Part shown: positions 48,205-58,507 of the stretch, one piece after another | Numbering within the stretch: position 1 is the stretch's first letter | Layout of the letters: each line of letters begins with the position of its first letter | Origin: a virus | Taxonomy: Duplodnaviria; Caudoviricetes | IMG/VR virus record: IMGVR_UViG_3300014204_000146 | Location: 1 to 64,000 of that record | DNA: 64,000 nucleotides | Reading direction: 5' to 3' (one strand) | The notes under the pieces: model-generated | What the model was told of the DNA's origin: nothing | What the model saw: the letters and a program-made list of their open reading frames with translations, nothing else | Databases searched by the model: none | Program-made: the position numbers and the translations under genes

Positions 48205-48726
48205 ATGTTCAAATATTGTTCAAAAACCTCACAACATGCCAAACTTCCCACCGCCTTTAATGTAAGCTCACAATCTTCTCATCCATATTTTAAATTATTC
48301 AGTCCTTTTTCTACTGAATTTTCAATTTCTATGCCTCAAAGCCCTTCAACCAGAGTTGATTCTGTTGAACGACTCTGGCAAGGTAGTAAATGTAGGGATA
48401 TTGGAACTCCTAATTGGTATGTTCTTACAGGAAGAATAGATTGGAAAAAAGGTACAATTCCTGAATATGGAATTTGGTTAGGAGACAGTATCAGTACAGT
48501 AGATAAAGGAAAAGGAAGAAGAATTGTTTATATTCCTGCTTATATCGAATTTTGCAATCAAGTATTACTGCATCATCCCGAAATTTATGATAGCGTTAAA
48601 ATTATGGCACAAAGTTTAGAAATATTTTATCTCTATGATTTTGATTATTCTATAGATTATGATACTTCGGCTCCATTGTCTCATGCTAAAATATTGGTTG
48701 ATTATTTTAAACTGTTATTTAATTAA
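48205..48726 (+). CDS. DUF6939-like protein
   Basis: FSPF...SVERLWQG.K...R..VYIPAY...PLSHA pattern. Confidence 0.55.
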   Translation: MFKYCSKTSQHAKLPTAFNVSSQSSHPYFKLFSPFSTEFSISMPQSPSTRVDSVERLWQGSKCRDIGTPNWYVLTGRIDWKKGTIPEYGIWLGDSISTVDKGKGRRIVYIPAYIEFCNQVLLHHPEIYDSVKIMAQSLEIFYLYDFDYSIDYDTSAPLSHAKILVDYFKLLFN

Positions 48727-48736
48727 GGAGGATATA

Positions 48737-48970
48737 ATGAGTTGTTTAGCCGAACCGGAAGGATGGTATGAAAAAACACTATGGGAAAAATTACTCGACA
48801 TTGTAGCACATAGTATTTTATGGCTTGCAATTGTATGTATCGTAACTGCCTTGTTATTTGTCGGTATTATGTTTTTCATTGCAGACCCCATAGCTGGCGC
48901 TGCTATAGGATGTGGATTGATTATTATCATAAGTATTGGATGGGCGTGGAGACGTGTAGGAGACTTTTAA
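48737..48970 (+). CDS. Small 2-TM membrane protein
   Basis: SD AAGGAGG; two hydrophobic helices. Confidence 0.6.
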   Translation: MSCLAEPEGWYEKTLWEKLLDIVAHSILWLAIVCIVTALLFVGIMFFIADPIAGAAIGCGLIIIISIGWAWRRVGDF

Positions 48971-50151
48971 TGGCAAAATTAATAATTGAAATCTGTAAGA
49001 TAGAAGAAATCAAGCCAATCGACAAAGCAGATAAAATCGAACTCGCCATAATCAAAGGATGGCAATGTATCGTTTCTAAAGGACAGTATGAAGCTGGAAA
49101 TCTTGTTATCTATTGTCCTCCAGACTCCATCATTCCTCCTAATTTGATTGAAAAATATAAACTCGAATTTCTTAGAGACGACGGTCGAGTAAAAACTATT
49201 AAACTGCGCGGAGAGCGTAGCGAAGGATTGATTTTAGATATAGAGTGCTTATCTATTTCTCTTAAACATAAATTAGGAGACGATGTTTCTAAAGAACTTG
49301 GCATTGCGAAATGGGAGCCTCCAGAACGCCAAGGAGAGCCTAAACCAAAAGAAACCTTTCGCAGCATCTATGAGAATTATAAAGAAGGAAAGATGTCATT
49401 GCGCCGATTTTTAAGAAAAGAATTATCCTTGACTATTTCAACCATTCTTCCAAGCAAAAAGAATCGAAAAAATCCCGCTTTCAGAGAGTATACTGACATT
49501 GAAAATATCAAACATTATCCTGAGATTTTTGAAGAAGGAGAATCAATTGTTATCCAAGAAAAAATTCATGGAAGTAACAGCAGGGCTGGATGGCTTCTTA
49601 AATATAAAGATAATTTGTGGGGCAAATTTATGTCTTTATTTTTTGGAGAATGGGAATTTGTCTACGGCAGCCACACAGTTCAAAAACATCCCCTATCCTG
49701 GAATAAAGGATGGTATAAAGAAGACTTTTGGTTAGAGATGGTACATAAATATGATTTAAAAAATAAAATCCCAAAAGGATATGTTGTCTATTTCGAAGTT
49801 TATGGAGATAAAGTCCAAGACCTTACTTATGGACTTAAAAATGAACGCCGTATAGTCATATTTGATGTTATGAAAGACGGAACGTATTTAGACTTTGACA
49901 AGATGATTGAATTTTGTCGATTGTCGGAACTGCCTATTGCTCCTATTCTGAATTATGGAGGAGGATATTCTAAATATATTATTGATGAACATACTTTAGG
50001 TATGTCTTGTTTGTATTTAAAACAAATACGAGAAGGTTGCGTTGTTCGACCACTAAAAGAAACAATACACCAAAAAATAGGAAGAAAGATATTGAAAAGT
50101 ATATCAATAGATTATTTAACAAGAAAAGGGAATACTACGGAGTTTCATTAA
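48970..50151 (+). CDS. RNA ligase, DRB0094/Rnl5-like, with N-terminal OB domain
   Basis: IKPIDKADKIELA..GWQ.IV, KLRG..SEG, QEKIHGS, YFEVYG, FDV, REGCV and KSIS..YL. Confidence 0.9.
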   Translation: MAKLIIEICKIEEIKPIDKADKIELAIIKGWQCIVSKGQYEAGNLVIYCPPDSIIPPNLIEKYKLEFLRDDGRVKTIKLRGERSEGLILDIECLSISLKHKLGDDVSKELGIAKWEPPERQGEPKPKETFRSIYENYKEGKMSLRRFLRKELSLTISTILPSKKNRKNPAFREYTDIENIKHYPEIFEEGESIVIQEKIHGSNSRAGWLLKYKDNLWGKFMSLFFGEWEFVYGSHTVQKHPLSWNKGWYKEDFWLEMVHKYDLKNKIPKGYVVYFEVYGDKVQDLTYGLKNERRIVIFDVMKDGTYLDFDKMIEFCRLSELPIAPILNYGGGYSKYIIDEHTLGMSCLYLKQIREGCVVRPLKETIHQKIGRKILKSISIDYLTRKGNTTEFH

Positions 50152-50340
50152 TATGAAAAATCTATCTATTGTATGGGCTGTTTTAGTGTGGTTTTCTGAT
50201 TTTGCTCCAAGAGCCAATAAATCAATCTGGATAAGAAGGTGGGAATTTATAGGAAACTTAGTTGATAACGTACAATCTAAAAAACTATCACCAAATCAAA
50301 AAAATTTTATTAAATTTTTAAAAACTAAAAGCGGATTAAT

Positions 50341-50826
50341 ATGAAAATAATATTTCTCGATTTTGACGGAGTCTTAAACAGTGTCCGGTCGGCACATGCC
50401 TTTGGTGGCTATCCTTGGAATATTAACCCAGAAAGCATCAAACAATTCGACCCGATAGCATTAACTACTATTCGAAATTTCTGTAACGATTATGATATTA
50501 AAATCGTGGTCTCTTCTACTTGGAGGAAATCTTTTTCTCCAGAAGATTTAGGAAAAGCTTTAGACCTTCCTATTATAGACAAAACTCCAGACTTTCACAT
50601 GTCCCGCAGCAGAGGCTTAGAAATACAATCTTGGTTTGTAAACAATCCAGGAGAATACGAATATGCCATCATAGATGACGATTCTGACATGCTCGAAACT
50701 CAGTTAACGCGATTTATTCAAACAGACCCATATGAAGGATTTGGATGGAAGAATTTGATGCAACTATATTCACTGTTTAATATTCCCTATAGAAAGCGAC
50801 TCAATACTAAACAGAGGATAAAATGA
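50341..50826 (+). CDS. HAD domain protein (Swiss Army Knife RNA-repair-like HAD)
   Basis: FLDFDGVLN, VVSSTWR, RG.EI..W and IIDDDSDM. Confidence 0.88.
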   Translation: MKIIFLDFDGVLNSVRSAHAFGGYPWNINPESIKQFDPIALTTIRNFCNDYDIKIVVSSTWRKSFSPEDLGKALDLPIIDKTPDFHMSRSRGLEIQSWFVNNPGEYEYAIIDDDSDMLETQLTRFIQTDPYEGFGWKNLMQLYSLFNIPYRKRLNTKQRIK

Positions 50827-51140
50827 AAAAACCATGTATCGATTGTTGCGGAACGGGTCTTATTTATGAATTATCCTATCACATACCACCAAAAACAAGC
50901 AAAATCCAACTACTATTTTCTAAGTGGTTTCCAAGATATTTTTCTTGTTATCAGTATCCAAGTCAAGAATCGTTTAAACGTGTTAGATGTCCAGAATGTT
51001 TTGGATTAGGTTATACTGAACTTGCAGCGTGTTTTGAATTATATAGTGATTGTTTTTATTGTCCTTCTGTATCTCACTGTAGAGATAAATATTTATCAAT
51101 AGAACAAAAACAACAAAAATTATTGAGGAACCAGACATGA
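50823..51140 (+). CDS. DnaJ-type Zn-finger protein
   Basis: CxxCxGxG twice. Confidence 0.6.
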   Translation: MKKPCIDCCGTGLIYELSYHIPPKTSKIQLLFSKWFPRYFSCYQYPSQESFKRVRCPECFGLGYTELAACFELYSDCFYCPSVSHCRDKYLSIEQKQQKLLRNQT

Positions 51141-51493
51141 AAATAGGTATTGTAGGGTCTCGAAGAAGAAATCTTCGCTGTGATTGGGCTAAAATTTATA
51201 GAGAATTTGAACAAATCTATCAGCCAGGAGATATGATAATCTCTGGCGGATGTTGGGCTGGTGGAGATAGATTTGCAGAAGAGATAGCTAAAAAACTTCA
51301 AATCCCAATTACTATCTATTATGCTGCCTGGTATAAATTAGGAAAACGGGCAGGGATGCTTCGTAATGGAACTATAGCAAAAGAATCTGATATTCTTATC
51401 GCATGTGTTGCTCTGGATAGAACTGGTGGGACTGAAGATACTATTAAAAAATTTAAACAATTTCATCCAGATGGAAAATTAATATTATGTTAA
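51137..51493 (+). CDS. SLOG/YspA (DUF2493-like) protein
   Basis: GIVGSR, SGG..GGD.FAE, RAGMLRN and GGTEDT. Confidence 0.82.
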   Translation: MKIGIVGSRRRNLRCDWAKIYREFEQIYQPGDMIISGGCWAGGDRFAEEIAKKLQIPITIYYAAWYKLGKRAGMLRNGTIAKESDILIACVALDRTGGTEDTIKKFKQFHPDGKLILC

Positions 51494-51612
51494 CAATAAT
51501 AAATTTTATGGTTATTCCTAATTACATATCTATACAACCAATGAATTGTTTAGAAGATTTCGAAAGAAATTTAAATTATTCATGAATTAAAAAAATGGAG
51601 AGGGGTCATAAA

Positions 51613-51969
51613 ATGAGCTATCTTACAGAATTCCAAGACGGAACAAAATTTAGGGGTGGAGATTTGATTGATAGCAAATGGAATAAACAACCAAATAAAC
51701 CTATTAAAAAGTTATCCTGTACTCTTTTTGGCATAACAAAAGAGCTCGAAGGATACCAGTCTTATAATTATTTAATGGAGAAAAAAACAAAAATCAAAAG
51801 CGGAGCTATTATTCAATCCAACATCCCAACCAGGATTTTTATCTTAGGAAAGAAAGATGAAAAAGTAGATATGTGGATTTTTGATTTAAAAACAAAAAAA
51901 ATAGAATTTGAAACCACAATACTTGGTATGGAATATCAAAACGCTCCGACGACCGGATGGAGAAGCTAA
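51613..51969 (+). CDS. Hypothetical protein
   Basis: ATG after GAGGGG; last gene of the + strand block. Confidence 0.6.
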   Translation: MSYLTEFQDGTKFRGGDLIDSKWNKQPNKPIKKLSCTLFGITKELEGYQSYNYLMEKKTKIKSGAIIQSNIPTRIFILGKKDEKVDMWIFDLKTKKIEFETTILGMEYQNAPTTGWRS

Positions 51970-51971
51970 TA

Positions 51972-52478
51972 TCAGTCAAATCCAATACACAGCTTCACTC
52001 GCAACTCAGTGTATACTGGGGGAACCTCTTCCCACCAAGTATCATCAATTTCTATTCCGGCAAATAAGGTTAGATTGTAAGATTTATTTTCTATATTGTC
52101 ATCTATCGAAGCGTTATTCAATAAGAAAAATGAATTTATCTTTATAGCATCATTGTTGTCGGGAAATTTTTGTATACTATCAATCAAACTCTGAGCTCCT
52201 TCAAAAATAAAAATAGTAGAAATGAACGGAATTTTTTCGGCTGGAATTGAGTACATAGGAATTTCAAAAAAAGCAAAGTACTTATCCGTAACTGAATAAT
52301 CCATAATCTGCCATTCACTGACATATCTATTATCTTTCTTCATAGAGCCCATCGATGAACTCTTCATTTTTTTAATCAGTCGGGCTTGTTCTTCTTTTTT
52401 TTTGATTATATCATTTTCAGAAGTATCACTTTTAACAAAAATAGTTCTGATTTTATGCTTGTTATTTTCATATTGCAT
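51972..52478 (-). CDS. Tail-region protein (paralog family member 3)
   Basis: Shares the N-terminal Y..xK(H/N)KI motif with its upstream neighbours. Confidence 0.6.
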   Translation of the reverse strand: MQYENNKHKIRTIFVKSDTSENDIIKKKEEQARLIKKMKSSSMGSMKKDNRYVSEWQIMDYSVTDKYFAFFEIPMYSIPAEKIPFISTIFIFEGAQSLIDSIQKFPDNNDAIKINSFFLLNNASIDDNIENKSYNLTLFAGIEIDDTWWEEVPPVYTELRVKLCIGFD

Positions 52479-53481
52479 GTTTTTTTACCTCTTTAAAAAT
52501 ATTAGAATTGGTTAGACTTAAAATAAGTTTCAATTTAACCGTCTTTTCTACAGTGTGATAAGTAGAATAAGGAGCGGATACGGGCTCGACTGTTTCGCTC
52601 AACAAATCTCCGCCGGAAGAATTGTCTTCATAAAGTTCTATAAAACTATCTCCTGTTAAATACTTTGTTACTAAAATTACAGGAGTCATGACTGTTAAAC
52701 TTCCAGACACAATCAAACGATATTTATTTTCTCCTATCTTTATAAAATATTTACTTTTACTCCCACTTCCAACAGAAACAATACTTAAGTCCATATCCAT
52801 AAAATTGTCTGTTGAAAAAATTTTTTTATAAGTCCCTTGTAAATTCGATATATCCGTTCCGAATCTTAATTGTTTAGTAGGAGAAAATCGTTGATAAATC
52901 AGTTCTTGAATCATAGTAATAGGGCTTTTCCATCCTATAAAAGCTACATTAGAAAACTGCGGATAACCAGCAAAAACTTGATGTATTGGATATTTACAGA
53001 CTCCTCCATGAGCCGGGCTCAATAGATAATAATTTCCTCCAAATAAACGAGGATATGGAAGTCCTCCTTCATAAATTAATTCGCTTCCGCGATAAATCTG
53101 ATAATTAAATGTAGTAAAGGTTCTGATAGTTGCATTTTCTTCTAAATTATAAAAAACATTCAAATCTCCGCTATCGACAACAATATCTGCCTTTATATAA
53201 GGCAACAAATCCTCTGATATATCTAAATCCACATATGTGGTATAGTTAACAATTTCTGGATATAATTCAGTAAAATTTACAATTATTTCTCCACCATAAT
53301 CTAATCTATTTCCTCCAATCGCAAGAGACTGCCACGAAGTTTCGTAAATTTTATGGTTTAAGAAATAATTAGCAGGAACAATATCAGAAAATTTATTGAT
53401 AATACTTGATGTTTTATTTTCAATATTTTGAGACTTTTCCCACATTTGAGAGATTTTATGTTTATTTTGTAGATATTTCAT
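52468..53481 (-). CDS. Tail-region protein (paralog family member 2)
   Basis: Overlapping starts/stops; beta-rich. Confidence 0.65.
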   Translation of the reverse strand: MKYLQNKHKISQMWEKSQNIENKTSSIINKFSDIVPANYFLNHKIYETSWQSLAIGGNRLDYGGEIIVNFTELYPEIVNYTTYVDLDISEDLLPYIKADIVVDSGDLNVFYNLEENATIRTFTTFNYQIYRGSELIYEGGLPYPRLFGGNYYLLSPAHGGVCKYPIHQVFAGYPQFSNVAFIGWKSPITMIQELIYQRFSPTKQLRFGTDISNLQGTYKKIFSTDNFMDMDLSIVSVGSGSKSKYFIKIGENKYRLIVSGSLTVMTPVILVTKYLTGDSFIELYEDNSSGGDLLSETVEPVSAPYSTYHTVEKTVKLKLILSLTNSNIFKEVKKHAI

Positions 53482-53905
53482 TATATTTTCTCCAATTATT
53501 AATCTTTAAATAAAAATTACCAGACAGGTCTCCTCCCGCAAAAGAAAAAACAGATACATAAACAAAAACATAAAACTCGTCATTTACTTTTCTAACAAAA
53601 GTATTTATAGCATTAATTACAGGAAGAATACCATAACTTTCTTTTGTAGGATTGAATACAACAATAAGCTGCAATTCGGAAGAATTCGACTCTTCCCAGT
53701 TTTCTAATTTAAAAATACCATAATAAGGAACAGCCATTGTTATGGTAATATTTTCTTCTATCAAATAAGCTTCTGTATATTCTTTATAATTTATACTTTT
53801 TATTTTAATATTTAAATTTGTTATCTTGTCTATATCAATATCGTTTTTTTGACATGCTTCCCACAAAGTACCAATTTTATTTTTTGTTGCTTCATAGTTT
53901 TTCAT
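53462..53905 (-). CDS. Tail-region protein (paralog family member 1)
   Basis: SD GAGG; shared N-terminal motif. Confidence 0.6.
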   Translation of the reverse strand: MKNYEATKNKIGTLWEACQKNDIDIDKITNLNIKIKSINYKEYTEAYLIEENITITMAVPYYGIFKLENWEESNSSELQLIVVFNPTKESYGILPVINAINTFVRKVNDEFYVFVYVSVFSFAGGDLSGNFYLKINNWRKYNEISTK

Positions 53906-53907
53906 AA

Positions 53908-56900
53908 TTAATCCTCTGAGTCTTCTACATATTCTCCAGTAGACAAATCAAGCTTTCTATAATATCTTATTGAGTTATATGTATGAACCACTGGTTCTTC
54001 TGGATAGCCATCGTCATTTAAAGGAACAACAGTACCGTCTTCCAGAGTAATTGAGGTTAATTTATCTATTTCTGTGGATGTCATTGTGTTATCTAATGTC
54101 AAGACAACTTGCATAGCATTTGCACTTATGTTTATTCCTTTTATTCTCAAAGGAAATCCATTTTGATTGACATAGATATTAGGCTGAGTTGTATTAACTA
54201 TATTTATAGAATTCAATAACTGCAATTCATAAAACATATAACCATCAAGTGTCAATTTTATGCTTGCAGAGGTTTTTGGATATACCAACCCTGTCGCAAG
54301 CGTATTGATATTCATGTCTGTAAGATTGTTCGTAATTCTCTCACCACACAATTTTCGATACTCTACAGCAGCGACCGCTTTTGCATAATTAACATAATTA
54401 TAACTATCGTTTCTTACACGATATAATCCATCTGTTTTATCTTCCCACCTTGCTATAGATTTATAAAATCCATTTTTACAAGAGACTTCTTTATACGGAG
54501 CTTGACCTATATAGTAATATCCTAACTCTCCATTACTATCTGCCAAATAACTGCGTTGAGAACCATATGTAGCTTTTGTTATTTTAAATAAATCTCCAGT
54601 AGTCGAACTTAAACTTGTTCCAACATAGGCAAATGGAGTTTCTTCAGGAAGAACAAAGCCATATTTGGTTGTAGAAACAAACCAAAAATATTCTTTCCCT
54701 GGTTCAAATTTAAATGTTCCGGCATTAACTTGCTCTGCTATATCTTCAAAAGATAATCCAAAATCAGGAGAAGGTTCCCATTCTACAGCGCCTCCATTAT
54801 TAGCCGGAGGATTCTGTGTAACATTAATTCCCTCTACATAATATTCTCCCAAATCAATCATAACTCCTTTATAATCTTCATCTGACGCATCTGGAGTAGG
54901 ATTGTATATTTCAATATCATCCAGCAATATATCATAAGGACTAATCTGAGAATTTAGAGATGTCAATGGCAAATTCTTAACCATTGCCTGTGTTTGAGAA
55001 TCTTCTGTATCTTTACAGCTTACTTTTATTTTTTCTCCAGAACCCAAGCAATTTAATTGTTCTATTTTTCCACTGAAAATTTCCAGTCCCTGTAAATAAA
55101 TAATGACAGAGTTTTTTGCCGTTATTTGTGAATATACTCCTGCCAAGGTATAATCCATATTGTCATGATTGCGAGTCAATTCAAATACAGCAGTATTGCG
55201 TTCATCAGCAAGCTGTGATACTTCGATTGATGACAATATTAAATCTCCGGCTGCCAAGGCAACTCCATCTAAAGTAATAGAAAAATCTTCTCTTTTAATA
55301 AGCACAGGAGTTGTATATGGACTTGTCAAAAATCTTAAATCAGACTGTATTTGACTAAACCCTTCTTTCAAGAACTGAAAATCAACATTAATTTTGTATC
55401 CAAATATTATACTCAAATAAGACTTAAATGTTTTATAGTACTCTTTTAAAAAATCAAAAGAAGAATTTATTTTTCCATAAGAAGCCTCATCAATAACAAA
55501 TAATTCTCCATGATATTCATCAGTTCCTATATACGTCGTACGATAATCTTCTCTATTAATAACATTTAACATCTGACTTGAGTCAGACAAGTCAAACTCA
55601 GTTTGGGAAGACAAATCAGACAAATCAAATTTAACTACTTTTCCAGCATCCAAAGCAATATATCCTTTTTCCGTAGAAAAATTGATTGCCAAATCCTTAG
55701 CTTTATTTTGAGTCAAAACTTGATTATTATATGTAGGAATCGCATCATCTATATTAACTTTAATAATCTTAGCGGGAGTAGTATCAGTAACAATATATAA
55801 CTGTCCGTTATGAATAAACTTTCCTTCATATTCTTTCACAAATCTAATATCTGAATTTAAATCAGTATGAATCAAACCACTAAACCAAACATTCGAATCT
55901 AAATATGCAAATCGATGCATAGAAAACCAAACATTAGAAATTATTGTACGAGAAATATAATTTAAAAAACTAATACCAGAATAAATATTTTGAAGTCCTT
56001 TTGACAATATGAATTTAATATCTGAGGGAATATGTGCTTTCTTTCCAACAACTCTAAAAATAATATCTGACACTATGTTCTCTATATATTGATTGTTTAC
56101 AAAAAATGATAATGAGTCTATAGCTTGCGTATCAGTATTAAAAAATTTAATATTAGATGTCAAATGCTCTATACGAGTTGCATCTAACACATATCGAATA
56201 TCGGATTCGATATTAAACTGTCCAACAAACATCGAATACGCAGACAATGAACATTTCATCAATCGATATGTTACATATTCTGGTTCATAATTCCACAAAT
56301 CGACGGTATCAGAGGTCAAAGAATAATGATGCGTATGATGCATCATTCCTTGATTGTGATAACCGCCCTGACCCCAGGTTTCTATTTCTTCTCCTGTGTC
56401 TCCTGAAATTGTATGAGAATCAAATTCTCCTTTTGCATATATTCTTAATTCAGCAATAGCAAACCGCACACCATACCAATGTGTAGATTGTGTTTTTATC
56501 ATATAATAACTATAACTATCATTATTTGCAATATCAAAAGTCTTAGTTTCTCCGGTTGTCCAAGTAAGACCAGTCTGAGTATCTAATACAGTCCAATTTG
56601 TTCCATCATTACTTCCCTCAAAATAAAAATCATACATCGTACTGCTATCTTTACATGTTAATTTATAGCGCTGTACTATTCGAGGAGCTGTTAATGACAA
56701 ATAAAGAAACCTGACTGAATCTGCACCATTGTAAAATTTATCAGAATAATATGTAGACTCATTTTCGTCTATAGAATTACTTGCTGGATATAATTCATCT
56801 GGATAATATCCACCATGAGCTGTAATTCCGGTAACTTGTGCCAGAGTCCCAGTATCTAATTGGTCTCCAGTAGTTGGAATGGTATTTCCTATTTTTAAAT

Positions 56901-58506
56901 ATCTATCAGCATAAGCAGTAACATCTTCCCACCCTTTTGGAGCAGTTCCTGTATTTCTATATAAACAATGAGCATAGCCAGAAGGAGTAATATCACTACC
57001 TATTTTTTTGATAAAATTAAATGCCACGTTATCAACTTCCCAAGTATCGTGCGTTGACTCAGAACTAATTCCGATAACCGGATGTTTATGTATTTTTGCA
57101 GTATTTCCGTTTCCTTGGTCAGAATCAATTCCTAAACTGGTATAAGGGTCTGTATAAAAACTATAGTTATGAGAATGAATTGAAGAAATTCCACTACCTA
57201 ACGTACTTGTTCCTAAACGAATATAATACCCATCTAAATTTAACGACTCCCATCCAATAGGAACATCGGCTACATCTATCATTAAAATAGCTCCAAGCGG
57301 GAAAATATACTCATCAGTAAGACTGTTTTTATAAAATAATCTATATTTAGAATGACGAGGAACTACTTCAGAAGAATCTAAAGCTCCAGAAACATAATGC
57401 TGATGGTCAATAAAAGTACTACATTCTTCATAATTATCGCCACAATTCCAATCATCACCAATAGACATATCTACATTCCCAGCAACACTATGGTTGTGTT
57501 CAGTTGTTCCTCCAGTTTGCAAAGGAGTAGCATCAAATTTAATAAACCTTCCGTCATATGCTGTTTCTTCAGTCCATCCAATACCAGGATTGGTTGATTC
57601 ATCATCCCAAAAAATACAAAGCCCTTCCGGGATTTTTATTCCTTTAAAATTAATAACAGAATCTATTGTTTTTTGTATTGTCTGAAAAAATAAAATTATT
57701 GAATTTATCGTAGTTGAAAATGTCTCTATAGAAGATACACATTCATAACAGCCTATATCTGGAGCATCTCCTTCATAGTCTTCTATATATCCAGCAACCA
57801 CAACTCCGGCATCTATACAGGGAGAATCGCTTTCTATTTCCGCAGAAGTAGCAGACACTAATTTTGGATTAGAAATTATATCACCAACTCCAGCACTAAA
57901 TCCTAAAGTAGTGTTACCATAATAACAATTATATTGAGACGTAATAGAATCTGTTCCTCCATATTTCTCATATACTGTATTATTTCCCTTAAAAATACAA
58001 TCCTTATGTTCTAATGTAATATTATAACCAGAAATTGCATGTTTACATCCCTGAATTGTAGACTTATAAATTTTTATATTAGCACTTTTAGCCGAATACC
58101 CTTGATAAAATGCTGCATAATTAGGATAATTGGAATTAGTTGAATATATTAATCCGCGAGCAAAAATAATAGACATAGAACCATCACTCCGAATTAAAGT
58201 ATCAACCAATCCGACAACTATCGTTACGTCTAATACCGTAACCCCGCCAGCTTTAATTCTCCATAAATTTGTAGTTCCCGAAGTAGTAATTATTACTTTG
58301 GTATAATCTTCAGAATAAGATTTAATAGTAATATTATAATAAATATCTGCCAGAGACGTTTCTGTATAGGTTCCATCTAAACAAATAACAACATCTCCAT
58401 TTGAAGTACAAGAAGAAATACCCTTTTTTATAGTTAGATATGGATTTTCTAAGCTACCGATTCCCGTAGTATCGTTTCCAGTTGGAGAAATATACCAATT
58501 TGCCAT
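53908..58506 (-). CDS. Large tail/receptor-binding hub protein
   Basis: N-terminal beta-helix (YISPTGND..G....PY.TI; SPCIDAG...PDIGCYE), three tail-collar-like repeats, discoidin-like insert, I.SDI.F repeats, tail-hub-like C-terminus. Confidence 0.75.
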   Translation of the reverse strand: MANWYISPTGNDTTGIGSLENPYLTIKKGISSCTSNGDVVICLDGTYTETSLADIYYNITIKSYSEDYTKVIITTSGTTNLWRIKAGGVTVLDVTIVVGLVDTLIRSDGSMSIIFARGLIYSTNSNYPNYAAFYQGYSAKSANIKIYKSTIQGCKHAISGYNITLEHKDCIFKGNNTVYEKYGGTDSITSQYNCYYGNTTLGFSAGVGDIISNPKLVSATSAEIESDSPCIDAGVVVAGYIEDYEGDAPDIGCYECVSSIETFSTTINSIILFFQTIQKTIDSVINFKGIKIPEGLCIFWDDESTNPGIGWTEETAYDGRFIKFDATPLQTGGTTEHNHSVAGNVDMSIGDDWNCGDNYEECSTFIDHQHYVSGALDSSEVVPRHSKYRLFYKNSLTDEYIFPLGAILMIDVADVPIGWESLNLDGYYIRLGTSTLGSGISSIHSHNYSFYTDPYTSLGIDSDQGNGNTAKIHKHPVIGISSESTHDTWEVDNVAFNFIKKIGSDITPSGYAHCLYRNTGTAPKGWEDVTAYADRYLKIGNTIPTTGDQLDTGTLAQVTGITAHGGYYPDELYPASNSIDENESTYYSDKFYNGADSVRFLYLSLTAPRIVQRYKLTCKDSSTMYDFYFEGSNDGTNWTVLDTQTGLTWTTGETKTFDIANNDSYSYYMIKTQSTHWYGVRFAIAELRIYAKGEFDSHTISGDTGEEIETWGQGGYHNQGMMHHTHHYSLTSDTVDLWNYEPEYVTYRLMKCSLSAYSMFVGQFNIESDIRYVLDATRIEHLTSNIKFFNTDTQAIDSLSFFVNNQYIENIVSDIIFRVVGKKAHIPSDIKFILSKGLQNIYSGISFLNYISRTIISNVWFSMHRFAYLDSNVWFSGLIHTDLNSDIRFVKEYEGKFIHNGQLYIVTDTTPAKIIKVNIDDAIPTYNNQVLTQNKAKDLAINFSTEKGYIALDAGKVVKFDLSDLSSQTEFDLSDSSQMLNVINREDYRTTYIGTDEYHGELFVIDEASYGKINSSFDFLKEYYKTFKSYLSIIFGYKINVDFQFLKEGFSQIQSDLRFLTSPYTTPVLIKREDFSITLDGVALAAGDLILSSIEVSQLADERNTAVFELTRNHDNMDYTLAGVYSQITAKNSVIIYLQGLEIFSGKIEQLNCLGSGEKIKVSCKDTEDSQTQAMVKNLPLTSLNSQISPYDILLDDIEIYNPTPDASDEDYKGVMIDLGEYYVEGINVTQNPPANNGGAVEWEPSPDFGLSFEDIAEQVNAGTFKFEPGKEYFWFVSTTKYGFVLPEETPFAYVGTSLSSTTGDLFKITKATYGSQRSYLADSNGELGYYYIGQAPYKEVSCKNGFYKSIARWEDKTDGLYRVRNDSYNYVNYAKAVAAVEYRKLCGERITNNLTDMNINTLATGLVYPKTSASIKLTLDGYMFYELQLLNSINIVNTTQPNIYVNQNGFPLRIKGINISANAMQVVLTLDNTMTSTEIDKLTSITLEDGTVVPLNDDGYPEEPVVHTYNSIRYYRKLDLSTGEYVEDSED

Positions 58507-58507
58507 T

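Noticed and set aside
762-51301. Numerous minus-strand ORFs opposite the + strand genes (and + strand ORFs opposite the tail genes)
   Set aside because: They are antisense shadows without SD sites or motifs, fully overlapping well-supported genes.
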